Assembly (NCBI GenBank): GCA_018711815.1 | Contig: DVHU01000104.1 | Span: forward strand, 90-64,089 | DNA length: 64,000 nt | From: Candidatus Egerieimonas intestinavium | GTDB taxonomy: Bacteria > Bacillota > Clostridia > Lachnospirales > Lachnospiraceae | Reading direction: 5' to 3' | In this document: positions 1-9,105 of the stretch, piece after piece | Layout: every line of letters starts with the position of its first letter | How positions within the stretch are numbered: position 1 is the stretch's first letter | Notes under the pieces: model-generated | Database searches by the model: none | Told to the model about the DNA's origin: nothing | What the model saw: the letters and a program-made list of their open reading frames with translations, nothing else | Position numbers and translations under genes: made by a program

Positions 1-67
1 AGAAGAATTTTTCCCATAGACACAGAAAATTTTACGCCCTCAATTTTCATTTTCCACAAAACAACTA

Positions 68-1432
68 TTGAACTTAGAATCCTTTTTCTTTTTAGTTGCC
101 TTTGAATTATTGATGTCTTTTTCCTTTTTGGGATATATCCATATCGAACCCATCTCTGTGACAATCTCTTATATCCCTGTGCTGATTGCGGCTTGCCTGC
201 TGGGTCCAATATACTCCACTGTCCTGGGAGCGGTTTTTGGCATAGCAAGCCTGTGGAAGGCCTCCGCCTTCTATGTGTCGGCCGGCGACCGCATATTTTC
301 GCCGTTTTTAAGCGGAGCGCCCATTCAAAGTTTTCTGTTGAGCGTGGGTTCGCGTCTGCTCTTTGGCGCGGTGGTTGGGGTTCTCTATTGGGCGGCTAAG
401 CGCAGCGCCAGACATCAGTATCTCTTTATTGCCATTATTTCCTTTTTCGGGAAGGTGCTTCATTACGTCTGCGTCTACGGTGTCATGGGGATAGTATTTC
501 CGGAACAGGGGCGTGGAGTCCTGGATGCCTTTGAGGGCTTTTTGGATGCGGGCGATCTGCTGGTGGCGTTATTTACCATGCTTCTCCTGGCGGTATCCTG
601 GAAAGTATGGAACATGCCTCAGATACTGCAATACCGGGATTTTGTCAGGCTGAAACAGAGTTATTCCGGCAGTCCCAGCTACATAAAATTGGTGGTTTTG
701 TCCATCGTTCTTTTACTGATCTTCGCGGGGATGATTGGAACATACTTCGTCAACCGCATAAGGTATATGCTGCTGGCCCACGGAGTAGAGCTCTCAGAGA
801 AGGCCAGCCATGATTTGACCCATCTGCAGCTTCAATTTTTGTTCGGCGTAATTGCGCTTTCCCTCATTGTCTATATTGTTTCCCGGGGCGTTCATGATTA
901 TATTGTCTATCGGGTTTACAGCAGCATGGACAAGGATGGATTGACAGGACTGCTGAATCGAAAGGGTTTTTCCCGGATCTATAAAAATCTGTCGGAAAAA
1001 ATAGAGTTCTCTCCGGAGCAGCCATGCTACTTTATGATTCTGGATGTGGATTATTTTAAGGAAATTAATGATAAGTACGGGCATCCTCAGGGAGATCGGA
1101 TTTTGAAGGAAATTGCCAGCTGCCTGAAGGAGACCCTGGGAGATATAGGGATAGTTGGGCGGCTGGGAGGCGACGAATTTCTGATGTTCACCCACACGCC
1201 CTTGCCCCAGGAGCTGTTTGAGGAGCGAGTCCGCTGTTTGATGGACAAGATCCAGGGAATCGAATGCGACGGGGAGAAAAAGATCTCCTGCAGTATTGGC
1301 ATCGTGTCTGCCTGGGAATTGGCTTCAGAGGAATTCTTGTACCATTATGCGGATCAAGCTCTGTATCGCGCCAAAGGCGGTGGACGGAATCAGTACGTTA
1401 TAACAGCGGCCAAAAAAAGAGTTCTGAAATGA
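68..1432 (+). CDS. Membrane-anchored diguanylate cyclase (polytopic N-terminal domain + GGDEF domain)
   Basis: 454-aa ORF. About 270 aa of hydrophobic helices are followed by GGDEF-domain motifs: LTGLLNRKGF, DVDYFKEINDKYGHPQGD, GRLGGDEFLMF, YRAKGGGRNQY. No RxxD I-site lies just upstream of GGDEF. The TTG start at 68 is uncertain; ATG at 113 is the alternative. Confidence 0.88.
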   Translation: MNLESFFFLVAFELLMSFSFLGYIHIEPISVTISYIPVLIAACLLGPIYSTVLGAVFGIASLWKASAFYVSAGDRIFSPFLSGAPIQSFLLSVGSRLLFGAVVGVLYWAAKRSARHQYLFIAIISFFGKVLHYVCVYGVMGIVFPEQGRGVLDAFEGFLDAGDLLVALFTMLLLAVSWKVWNMPQILQYRDFVRLKQSYSGSPSYIKLVVLSIVLLLIFAGMIGTYFVNRIRYMLLAHGVELSEKASHDLTHLQLQFLFGVIALSLIVYIVSRGVHDYIVYRVYSSMDKDGLTGLLNRKGFSRIYKNLSEKIEFSPEQPCYFMILDVDYFKEINDKYGHPQGDRILKEIASCLKETLGDIGIVGRLGGDEFLMFTHTPLPQELFEERVRCLMDKIQGIECDGEKKISCSIGIVSAWELASEEFLYHYADQALYRAKGGGRNQYVITAAKKRVLK

Positions 1433-1480
1433 AAATTCCCGGCATATAGTAGTGACAAAAGATTTTCCGGGGAGGATTGT

Positions 1481-2731
1481 ATGGGCAGAGGCAAACGGAT
1501 ACTGAGCGGGCTGCTGGCGGCAGGCCTGTTGTTTTGGGGAACTGCGGCGGTCTGGGCCCAGCCGGAGGATGGTCAGGCGCAGCCGGAGGAAAGCCAGGCG
1601 CAGCCGGAAGATAATCAGGCCCAGCCGGAGGGCGGACAGGCGCAGTTGAACCTGACGGCGCCCTCGGCGGTGCTGATGGAGGCCTCCACAGGCCAGATCC
1701 TGTATGAGAAGTCGGCGGATGAGGAGCGCAGCCCCGCCAGTATCACCAAGATTATGACGCTGCTCTTGATCTTTGAGGAGCTGGAAAAGGGCAATCTGCA
1801 GCTGGAGGATATGGTCACCACCAGCGCCTACGCCAAGAGCATGGGAGGCTCCCAGGTGTTTCTGGAGGAGGGGGAACAGCAGACGGTGGAGACCATGATT
1901 AAATGTATCGTGGTGGCCTCCGGAAATGACGCCTCTGTGGCCATGGCCGAGCACATTGCCGGCAGTGAGGAGGAATTTGTCAGCCGCATGAATCAGCGGG
2001 CCCAGGAGCTGGGCATGGAGCACAGCCACTTTGAGGACTGCTGCGGGCTGACGGACTCCGCCAACCACTATACCACGGCCAGGGACGTGGCCACGGCCTC
2101 CCGGGAGCTGGTATCCCGCTTTCCCCAGATTCTGGACTATTCCTCTATCTGGATGGAGGACATTACCCACACCACAGCTCAGGGAACCAAGGAGTTTACC
2201 TTGACCAACACCAACAAGCTGGTGCGCAGCTATGAAGGCTGCGTGGGGTTAAAGACTGGCAGCACCAGCGTGGCCAAATACTGTGTCTCCGCGGTGGCGG
2301 AGCGGGACGGTCTGCAGCTGATTGCCGTGGTCATGGGAGCGCCGGAGCCTAAAGGGCGGTTTGCGGACGCCTCCACTATGCTGAATTATGGTTTTGGAGT
2401 CTGCAAGTTCTATGTGGATGAAAATCAGGATCAGCTGGAGCAGGTGAAGGTAAGCCGTTCCACCAAGAGCCGGATTGACTGCACTTACGCGGGGCCCTTC
2501 CGCTATCTGGATACCCAGGGGCAGTCCCTGCAGGAGGTGGAAAAGGAGATTCAGCTGCCGGAGCAGGTGGAAGCTCCGGTTAAGAAGGGCGACGTGGTGG
2601 GAAGAGTCATCTACAGTTTGAGGGGGACGGAGCTTGGCAGCGTGGAAATTCTGGCGGCGGAGGAGGCCCCAGAGGCAGGCTTTGGGGATTGCCTGAAGAG
2701 GGCCTGGGAGGAGATGCTCATGTGCGCCTAA
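1481..2731 (+). CDS. D-alanyl-D-alanine carboxypeptidase (peptidase S11, PBP5/DacB-like)
   Basis: Signal peptide, SxxK motif (SITK in SPASITKIMT), SGN motif (ASGNDAS), KTG motif (LKTGST), and a C-terminal PBP5-like domain. Confidence 0.9.
   Translation: MGRGKRILSGLLAAGLLFWGTAAVWAQPEDGQAQPEESQAQPEDNQAQPEGGQAQLNLTAPSAVLMEASTGQILYEKSADEERSPASITKIMTLLLIFEELEKGNLQLEDMVTTSAYAKSMGGSQVFLEEGEQQTVETMIKCIVVASGNDASVAMAEHIAGSEEEFVSRMNQRAQELGMEHSHFEDCCGLTDSANHYTTARDVATASRELVSRFPQILDYSSIWMEDITHTTAQGTKEFTLTNTNKLVRSYEGCVGLKTGSTSVAKYCVSAVAERDGLQLIAVVMGAPEPKGRFADASTMLNYGFGVCKFYVDENQDQLEQVKVSRSTKSRIDCTYAGPFRYLDTQGQSLQEVEKEIQLPEQVEAPVKKGDVVGRVIYSLRGTELGSVEILAAEEAPEAGFGDCLKRAWEEMLMCA
1559..1645 (+). repeat. In-frame 21-nt tandem repeat (4 units + partial) encoding a QAQPE(D/E)x linker
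   Basis: Units cagccggaggatggtcaggcg / cagccggaggaaagccaggcg / cagccggaagataatcaggcc / cagccggagggcggacaggcg. They lie directly after the signal peptide of the DD-carboxypeptidase. Confidence 0.9.
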
Positions 2732-2779
2732 AGGTGGGATTTCCTCCCGGGGAGGAGAGCTGGAAAAGTAAGGCAGAGC

Positions 2780-2808
2780 TTGCAATCTGACCGGGAATGT
2801 ACTATGAT
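2780..2808 (+). promoter_or_regulatory. Candidate sigma-A promoter for the metallophosphoesterase gene
   Basis: TTGCAA (2780-2785), 17-nt spacer, TATGAT (2803-2808), about 30 nt upstream of the RBS/ATG at 2839. Confidence 0.45.
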
Positions 2809-2838
2809 TAGGGGAGAATAGGGCAATAAGGAGTTTGT

Positions 2839-3639
2839 ATGAAAAAATTTCAGACAAAAATATATGCACTGAAATCCCCGAAAATAAAACCGCAGCGGGA
2901 GCCGTTGCGGTTTCTTTTTGTCAGCGATCTGCACAACTCGCTTTTCGGTCCGGGAAACTGCCGGCTGCTGCAGGAGATGGAGCGTCTGGCCCCGGAGGCG
3001 GTTTTTGTGGGGGGCGACCTGGTGGTGGCAAAGCCCGGCTACTCCATGGAGGTGGCCATGGATTTTGTCCGGGAGGCTGCCCGGCGCTTTCCCGTCTACT
3101 ATGCCCCGGGGAATCACGAGTATCGGATGCGGATTTATCCGGAGACCTACGGGGATATGTATCCCCGGTACCGGCGGGTGCTCAAGGAGGCTGGGGTGGA
3201 GTTTTTGGACAACCGGAAGATAGAGCTGCAGACGGCCGCGGGCCGGATCTGCCTGTGCGGCTTTACCATGGACCGGGAGTATTACCGCAAGGGCCACCGG
3301 CGCAAGCTCCCCACAGAAGAGCTGGAGAGGATCTTCGGACGGCCTTCCCGGGAGTCCTTCACCATTCTTCTGGCCCACAATCCTCTCCAGGGGGATACCT
3401 ACCTGGACTGGGGACCGGATCTGACGCTCTCCGGCCATCTGCACGGGGGAATGGTGCGCCTGGGAGGGCGGGCTGTGGTGAGCCCGGATTTCACGCTCTT
3501 TCCCAAGTACGGCTGCGGGCTGTATCGGAAGGGAAATTCCCGGCTGATCGTCAGCTCCGGGCTGGGGGAGCATACCATACCGGTGCGGCTTTTTAATCCC
3601 CGGGAGCTGGTGGTCATTGAGCTGAAGGGTGCGCGGTGA
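2839..3639 (+). CDS. Calcineurin-like metallophosphoesterase (YkuE-like)
   Basis: Motifs FVSDLHN, GGDLV, GNHEY, LLAHNP, SGHLHGG. GGAG RBS 5 nt upstream of the ATG. Confidence 0.85.
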   Translation: MKKFQTKIYALKSPKIKPQREPLRFLFVSDLHNSLFGPGNCRLLQEMERLAPEAVFVGGDLVVAKPGYSMEVAMDFVREAARRFPVYYAPGNHEYRMRIYPETYGDMYPRYRRVLKEAGVEFLDNRKIELQTAAGRICLCGFTMDREYYRKGHRRKLPTEELERIFGRPSRESFTILLAHNPLQGDTYLDWGPDLTLSGHLHGGMVRLGGRAVVSPDFTLFPKYGCGLYRKGNSRLIVSSGLGEHTIPVRLFNPRELVVIELKGAR

Positions 3640-3667
3640 GGAGGCCCTCGACTGGAAAGATTAAGAC

Positions 3668-3696
3668 TTGCAAAAAAGAAGATTTCCGATTAAAAT
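3668..3696 (+). promoter_or_regulatory. Candidate sigma-A promoter for scpAB
   Basis: TTGCAA (3668-3673), 17-nt spacer, TAAAAT (3691-3696). Followed by a 10-bp hairpin GTGCATCTGC/GCAGGTGCAC (3701-3727) in the leader. Confidence 0.45.
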
Positions 3697-3749
3697 GAAA
3701 GTGCATCTGCAGTTTGGCAGGTGCACTTTTATGGAATTTGAGGGAAGAT

Positions 3750-4502
3750 ATGGGAATACCGGTAAAGCTGCAGGTGTTTGAGGGCCCCCTGGATTTGCTC
3801 CTGCACCTGATTGACAAAAATAAAATTGATATCTATGATATCCCCATTGTGGAGATCACCGACCAGTATCTGGAGTATATCCAGCAGATGCAGCGGGAGG
3901 ACTTAAATATCATGAGTGAGTTCATGGTCATGGCCGCCACCCTGCTGGACATCAAGTGCCGGATGCTTCTGCCCAAGGAAGTGGACGAGGAGGGGCAGGA
4001 GGAGGATCCCAGAGAAGAGCTGGTGCAGCAGCTTTTGGAATATAAGATGTACAAATATATGTCCTATGAGCTGCGGGACCGGATGGGCGAGGCTTCTCTG
4101 ATGGCCTACAAAAGCCCCACAGTGCCTCCGGAGGTGCTGGCCTACCGGGAGCCGGTGGACCCGGGGGAGCTTCTGGGAGATTTGACCCTGGAGCGGATGC
4201 ACAGCATTTTTAAGTCTATACTCCGGCGCCAGGAGGACAAGGTGGATCCTATCCGAAGCCGGTTTGGGGAGATCCAGCAGGAGGAGGTAAGCCTGCCGGA
4301 GAAGATGAACGATGTGGAAGCTTATGCCCGCAGCCACCGTCATTTTTCCTTCCGGTCCCTGCTGAAGCGCCAGTGCAGCAAGGTGCAGCTGGTGGTCACC
4401 TTCCTGGCGATTTTGGAGCTGATGAAGGTGGGGAAGATACGGATTTCCCAGGAACATATTTTTGATGACATTATGATAGACAGTCTGCAAAGTGAGGAGT
4501 AA
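3750..4502 (+). CDS. scpA: Segregation and condensation protein A
   Basis: N-terminus MGIPVKLQVFEGPLDLLLHLI is the canonical ScpA start. The ORF track begins at a TTG (3714), but ATG 3750 has a GAGGG RBS 5 nt upstream. Confidence 0.9.
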   Translation: MGIPVKLQVFEGPLDLLLHLIDKNKIDIYDIPIVEITDQYLEYIQQMQREDLNIMSEFMVMAATLLDIKCRMLLPKEVDEEGQEEDPREELVQQLLEYKMYKYMSYELRDRMGEASLMAYKSPTVPPEVLAYREPVDPGELLGDLTLERMHSIFKSILRRQEDKVDPIRSRFGEIQQEEVSLPEKMNDVEAYARSHRHFSFRSLLKRQCSKVQLVVTFLAILELMKVGKIRISQEHIFDDIMIDSLQSEE

Positions 4503-4504
4503 GC

Positions 4505-5074
4505 GTGGAGATAAAAAAGTTAGAAGCGGCGGTGGAGGCGATTTTGTTCGCCATGGGCGACTCTGTGGAGGTGAGCCGCCTGGCAAAGGCCATTGAGCAG
4601 GACACGGAAACCACCAGAAAACTGGTGCGAAACCTGATGCTCAAATATAAGGAGGAGGATCGGGGGATCCAGATCATAGAGCTGGAAAATGCCTTTCAGA
4701 TGTGTACCAAGCAGGAATACTATGACTGTCTGGTGCGCATCGCCATGCAGCCCAAGAAACCGGCGCTCACGGATGTGATGCTGGAGACCCTCTCCATTAT
4801 CGCTTACAAGCAGCCGGTGACCAAGCTGGAGATTGAGAAGATCCGGGGGGTCAAGTGCGACCATGCGGTCAATAAGCTGGTGGAGTACAACCTGGTTCAG
4901 GAGGTGGGAAGGCTGGACGGCCCCGGGCGGCCCATTCTTTTCGGTACCACCGAGGATTTCCTGCGCCACTTCGGAATCCATTCCACCGACGATCTGCCGG
5001 TGATCAGCCCGGTAAAAATGGAGGACTTCAAGGCCGAGGCCGAGGAGGAAATTCAGCTAAAGCTGGATGTGTAG
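4505..5074 (+). CDS. scpB: Segregation and condensation protein B
   Basis: ScpB-like sequence (EAILFAMGDSV, LETLSIIAYKQPVTKLEIEKIRGV, GRPILFGTT) directly downstream of scpA. GTG start. Confidence 0.9.
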   Translation: MEIKKLEAAVEAILFAMGDSVEVSRLAKAIEQDTETTRKLVRNLMLKYKEEDRGIQIIELENAFQMCTKQEYYDCLVRIAMQPKKPALTDVMLETLSIIAYKQPVTKLEIEKIRGVKCDHAVNKLVEYNLVQEVGRLDGPGRPILFGTTEDFLRHFGIHSTDDLPVISPVKMEDFKAEAEEEIQLKLDV

Positions 5075-5112
5075 AAGGGATGAGCCCCGATCAAAGCCGG
5101 GGCTTATCCCTT
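5075..5112. terminator. Bidirectional stem-loop between convergent scpB and the LysR gene
   Basis: AAGGGATGAGCCCCG (5075-5089) pairs with CGGGGCTTATCCCTT (5098-5112). This is a 15-bp stem including one G-U, with an 8-nt loop. The 3' arm overlaps the last codons of the LysR gene. Confidence 0.7.
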
Positions 5113-5973
5113 TAGCATTTCCCAAAAGGCTTTTACCGCCGGGGAAAAGGTTTGGTATTTTTTGGTGACTATGTATAAGTCAACGGACAGCTCCGGGGTG
5201 ATGGGGCGAAAGGTCAGGTTCCGCCCCTGGGTGTTCACCAGCCGGTCCAGGCACAGGGCATAGCCGATGCCGCGTTCCACGAGAAAGGTGGCGTTATAGA
5301 TCAGATTGTAGGTGGCCACCACGTTAAGGACAGAGTAATCCGCGCCAAACCATTCCAAATCCTGATGCCCAAAAAAGGTCTGCTCTGCCATAATCATAGG
5401 CAGGGTTTTTAACTGATCAATATTTATTGCCTCCTGCCGGGCCAGCGGGCAGTCAGAGGGCATCAGAAGCCCGTAAATATCTTTTCTGTGAATGTTCAGG
5501 TAATCATACTTTTCCTGTCGTATGGGCCCTAAGAGGAGCCCCATATCCACAAGTCCCTTGTCCAGACGTTCCAATATCATATCCGCATCGCCGCTGTGGG
5601 TGTGAAACTGCACCTGGGGATGCTGCTGGTGAAATTCTGCCAATATTTCTGCAATCCTATCCATGGCGATGGTCTCCCCGCAGCCGATGGTAATATGTCC
5701 CCGAAGGGCCTGCTCTTCCGTGTGGAAGGCAGCCGCCGTATTGTCCAGCAGCTCCAGAATTTCCCTGGCCCGGTCCCGCAGATATTCCCCCTCCTCCGTC
5801 AGCGTCAGTTTCCGCTTTCCCCGGATAAACAGCTGTTTTCCCAGCTGCTGCTCCAGATCCATCATCTGTTTGGACAGTGTGGGCTGGGTAATATGCAGCG
5901 TTTCCGCCGCCTTTGTGATATTCAGCTCCCGGGCGACGGTTAAAAAATATTGCAGTAATCTTGTCTCAATCAT
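5104..5973 (-). CDS. LysR-family transcriptional regulator
   Basis: N-terminal wHTH (LQYFLTVARELNITKAAETLHITQPTLSKQM) plus a LysR substrate-binding domain. Divergent from the 6182-8988 operon. Confidence 0.9.
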   Translation of the reverse strand: MIETRLLQYFLTVARELNITKAAETLHITQPTLSKQMMDLEQQLGKQLFIRGKRKLTLTEEGEYLRDRAREILELLDNTAAAFHTEEQALRGHITIGCGETIAMDRIAEILAEFHQQHPQVQFHTHSGDADMILERLDKGLVDMGLLLGPIRQEKYDYLNIHRKDIYGLLMPSDCPLARQEAINIDQLKTLPMIMAEQTFFGHQDLEWFGADYSVLNVVATYNLIYNATFLVERGIGYALCLDRLVNTQGRNLTFRPITPELSVDLYIVTKKYQTFSPAVKAFWEMLKG

Positions 5974-6055
5974 CGTCTGTATTCCTCTCGGGTTAACTTT
6001 TGATTATCCTATTCTCAGCATAGCATGACACATCATTCTTGTAAACTATGAAAAA

Positions 6056-6068
6056 TTATTCTTAATAA
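6056..6068. promoter_or_regulatory. Candidate LysR-type T-N11-A box
   Basis: TTATTcttAATAA is a dyad with 5-bp arms that fits T-N11-A. It lies 5 nt upstream of the -35 of the divergent operon promoter. Confidence 0.4.
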
Positions 6069-6072
6069 CTGT

Positions 6073-6101
6073 TTGCAATGAATTTTTCTAGAACCTATAA
6101 T
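6073..6101 (+). promoter_or_regulatory. Candidate sigma-A promoter of the 6182-8988 operon
   Basis: TTGCAA (6073-6078), 17-nt spacer, TATAAT (6096-6101). Confidence 0.55.
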
Positions 6102-6181
6102 GTGATTGTAGGAAAACCACAGGAATCCCCTTTAGGAAATCAAGGGATTTCTGCATAAGAAATGCAAATAAGGAGGAAGTG

Positions 6182-6712
6182 ATGAAAAAGCTTGTTGGCA
6201 TTGCCGCCGTGCTCCTTCTGCTGCTGACCGCCTCCGCCTGCGGAACCGCCCCGGAGCAGGATGGCGCTGCCGCCCGACAGCCCACCGGGGACACAGAGGC
6301 GGAGCCCCAGACAACGATAGAAGCCCCGGCGGAGGATACAGATTTAACGGAACAGGAGGAAACGACCATGAGAATTTCTGTGAAATCAGAGCAGTATGAG
6401 ATTATTTATGAATTGAACAGCAGTACGGCCGCCAGAGAGCTGTACGCGCAGCTGCCGCTTACAATCCAGGTGGAGCCCTTCAGCAATAATGAGATGACCT
6501 TTTATCCGGAGCGCCTGAAGATAGGGGATACCCCGCTCTCTGGCGGGGAACCGGGCTCCCTGTCTTACTATGAGCCCTGGGGAGATGTGGTAATGTTTTA
6601 TGCGCCCTGCACGCCCAACAACAGCTTATATGAGCTGGGCACGGCAGTGTCCGGCGGGGAGAATATCAAAAATTTAAACGGAACCATTACTGTATCCGCG
6701 GTGGAAGAATAG
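6182..6712 (+). CDS. Lipoprotein with C-terminal cyclophilin-like-fold domain (function unknown)
   Basis: Lipobox LLTASAC|G, an acidic/Pro-rich linker, then a ~110-aa domain alignable by eye with the 7628-7999 product (EL-NS--A-EL, LPLT, FY-P, G-ITV). AGGAGG RBS 5 nt upstream of ATG 6182. Confidence 0.55.
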   Translation: MKKLVGIAAVLLLLLTASACGTAPEQDGAAARQPTGDTEAEPQTTIEAPAEDTDLTEQEETTMRISVKSEQYEIIYELNSSTAARELYAQLPLTIQVEPFSNNEMTFYPERLKIGDTPLSGGEPGSLSYYEPWGDVVMFYAPCTPNNSLYELGTAVSGGENIKNLNGTITVSAVEE

Positions 6713-6732
6713 ACGGAGAGGAGAGAAAAAGG

Positions 6733-7611
6733 ATGATTGAACATGTGACGCTGTACAACGGTGTTGCCATGCCCATGGAGGGCTTCGGGGTATTTCAGGT
6801 GCCTGAGCCGGAGTGCAAGGAGGTAGTGAAAAACGCCATCCGTACCGGCTATCGGCTCATTGATACCGCCAGCTCTTACAAAAACGAGGAGGCGGTCGGC
6901 GCGGCCATTAGGGAGACCGTGGCAGAGGGCACGGTAAAACGGCAGGAGCTGTTTATTGCCACCAAGGCCTACATTCAGGAGATGGGTTACGAAAACCTGA
7001 GAGAAGCCTTCGGACGATCCTTAAGTAAGCTGGGGCTAGACTATATGGACATGTACCTGATCCATATGCCCCTGGGCGATTACTATGGCGCGTGGCGAGC
7101 CATGGAAGAACTGTATCAGGAGGGAAAAATCCGCGCCATCGGGGTTTGCAACTTTGATGCAGCCCGATTGATGGACCTCTGTTACAACGCAAAAATAAAG
7201 CCCATGGTAAACCAGATTGAACGTCACCCGCATTTCCAGCGGGTCGGCGAGCTTGCCCTTATGGAAAAGCTGGGCGTACAGCCGGAGGGGTGGGCGCCCT
7301 TTGCCGAGGGACTGAAGGGAATGTTCACGGAGCCGGTTTTACAGAAAATTGCCGCGAAACATGGAAAAACGGTGGCGCAGGTGATTCTGCGCTGGAATAT
7401 CCAGCAGGGTGTGGTGATTATCCCGAAGTCTGTCCATAGAGAACGGATGGAAGAAAATATGGCAATCTGGGATTTCGCTCTGGATGACGATGACATGAAA
7501 AAGATCGAGGGCTTGGACAAAAACTGCCCCTCCATGCTGGATTGTTCTAAGCCCAGCGAGATTGATCGGCTCTACGATTATCTGAATAATCCGGTGCTGA
7601 CAACCCTATAG
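6733..7611 (+). CDS. Aldo/keto reductase (2,5-diketo-D-gluconate reductase-like)
   Basis: AKR signatures: GYRLIDTASSYKNEE, LFIATK, DLYLIHMP-like MYLIHMP, IGVCNF, IPKSVHRERMEEN. Confidence 0.9.
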   Translation: MIEHVTLYNGVAMPMEGFGVFQVPEPECKEVVKNAIRTGYRLIDTASSYKNEEAVGAAIRETVAEGTVKRQELFIATKAYIQEMGYENLREAFGRSLSKLGLDYMDMYLIHMPLGDYYGAWRAMEELYQEGKIRAIGVCNFDAARLMDLCYNAKIKPMVNQIERHPHFQRVGELALMEKLGVQPEGWAPFAEGLKGMFTEPVLQKIAAKHGKTVAQVILRWNIQQGVVIIPKSVHRERMEENMAIWDFALDDDDMKKIEGLDKNCPSMLDCSKPSEIDRLYDYLNNPVLTTL

Positions 7612-7627
7612 TCTAAGGAGAAGGATT

Positions 7628-7999
7628 ATGATACTGAATATGGAGGTAAATCATAGAACAATTCAGGTTGAGCTGATTCCCAATAGCTCCGCAAAAGCTC
7701 TGGAGGAGCTGCTTAAGGGCGGTCCCCTGACTCTGCAGATGAAGGACTATGCTCATATGGAGAAGTTCGGAGATCTGGGCGCCAGCCTTCCCCGCAACGA
7801 CCAGTATATCACCACGAAGGCGGGGGATGTGATCCTTTCCGAGGGCAATCTGCTGGTTATCTACTATGCACCCAATACCTGGAATTTCACCCGGCTGGGC
7901 CGCGTGGCAAATATGAGCGAGAGGGAACTGAAAAAGGTGCTGGGCAAGGGAAATATTACAGCCACGCTCACCTTGCCTGCAGAACAGAGAGGGGCCTGA
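7628..7999 (+). CDS. Cyclophilin-like-fold protein (cytoplasmic paralogue of the 6182 domain)
   Basis: 123 aa, no signal peptide, shares a motif pattern with the C-terminal domain of the 6182 lipoprotein. Family assignment is from memory of the cyclophilin-like Pfam families and is not verified. Confidence 0.5.
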   Translation: MILNMEVNHRTIQVELIPNSSAKALEELLKGGPLTLQMKDYAHMEKFGDLGASLPRNDQYITTKAGDVILSEGNLLVIYYAPNTWNFTRLGRVANMSERELKKVLGKGNITATLTLPAEQRGA

Positions 8000-8001
8000 A
8001 T

Positions 8002-8988
8002 ATGAAGAAAAAGAACCTTATTGAAACTACGGAACAGCTTCAGGATGGGCAGGAAGAATATTATATTTTTCATCTAAACGAAAATGTTAAGCGGATGGCG
8101 GTTACCTTTCGGAATCGTTACGGAATTGAGCTTTCTGGGGATTTATATACCGCGCAGGATTTAGATACGACAGCCAGCTATCCCGCGCTGGTAATTGGTC
8201 CGCCCTACGGCGGTGTAAAAGAGCAGGGGCCGGGGGTCTATGCAAATGAAATGGCGCAGAGAGGCTTTGTAGTACTGACCTTTGATCCGTCCTTTAACGG
8301 GGAAAGCGGCGGTGAACCGCGGCACGCATCCTCCCCGGATATCTTTACAGAAGATTTCAGCTCCGGAGTGGATTACTTGGGTACCTTGGACTATGTAGAT
8401 CGCCAGCGGATTGGGGCGATTGGAATTTGCGGAAGCGGCGGTTTTGCTCTTGCCGCGGCCCAAGTAGATACCCGGATCAAGGCGGTGGCCACCGCCAGTC
8501 TCTTTGACGTGAGCGCTTTGGGCAATGGTCTGAATACGGAGGCATGGTTCGCCGGGGTTGATCCGGTGGCCCAACAGAGATGGGCTGACGTGGATAACGG
8601 AACGCCGGAATATATCCCCACTTATCCCGAAACTCCCACAGAAGACATTCCGGAAGAGCTGGAGAGTATTTGGGCAGAATTTTACAGCTTTTACGGATTG
8701 GAGCGAGGCCACCATCCCCGGGCATTGGGTGGATTTACAACCACCAGCAATCTGGCTTTCTATAATTTTCAGCTGTTAGATCATCTGGATATGCTCACGC
8801 AGCCGGTTCTGTTCATGGCAGGTGAAAATGCGGAAACCCGTCCAATCAGCGAAACGGCATATGGCCTTGTGTCCGGCCCCAAGGAGCTTTGCATTGTACC
8901 GGATGCCAATCATGTGGATCTGTATGATGACACAGATAAGATTCCCTTCGATACGTTAGTAGAATTTTTCAATGAGAATATGTCATAA
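8002..8988 (+). CDS. Alpha/beta-fold hydrolase
   Basis: 328 aa. Nucleophile-elbow-like GICGSGGFA, and a C-terminal His region (VPDANHVDLY) typical of alpha/beta hydrolases. Confidence 0.75.
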   Translation: MKKKNLIETTEQLQDGQEEYYIFHLNENVKRMAVTFRNRYGIELSGDLYTAQDLDTTASYPALVIGPPYGGVKEQGPGVYANEMAQRGFVVLTFDPSFNGESGGEPRHASSPDIFTEDFSSGVDYLGTLDYVDRQRIGAIGICGSGGFALAAAQVDTRIKAVATASLFDVSALGNGLNTEAWFAGVDPVAQQRWADVDNGTPEYIPTYPETPTEDIPEELESIWAEFYSFYGLERGHHPRALGGFTTTSNLAFYNFQLLDHLDMLTQPVLFMAGENAETRPISETAYGLVSGPKELCIVPDANHVDLYDDTDKIPFDTLVEFFNENMS

Positions 8989-8992
8989 AAAA

Positions 8993-9045
8993 GCGGGCGC
9001 TCTGCAGACCGGAAACGGACTGCGGGGCGCTTTCCCGTCTTTTTG
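8993..9045 (+). terminator. Rho-independent terminator after the hydrolase gene
   Basis: GC-rich hairpin with core GCAGACCG-GAAA-CGGACTGC (9004-9023) and flanking GCGC/GCGC pairing, followed by TCTTTTT (9039-9045). Confidence 0.6.
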
Positions 9046-9076
9046 TACGCTGAGATAAGAAAAGAGAAAAAAATAC

Positions 9077-9105
9077 TTGCTTTTGCAAAGCAAAAGTGAT
9101 ATTCT
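9077..9105 (+). promoter_or_regulatory. Candidate promoter of the SipW/TasA-like locus with embedded dyad
   Basis: TTGCTT (9077-9082), 17-nt spacer, TGaTATTCT extended -10 (9097-9105). The dyad GCTTT-N3-AAAGC (9079-9091) sits inside the spacer. Confidence 0.4.
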
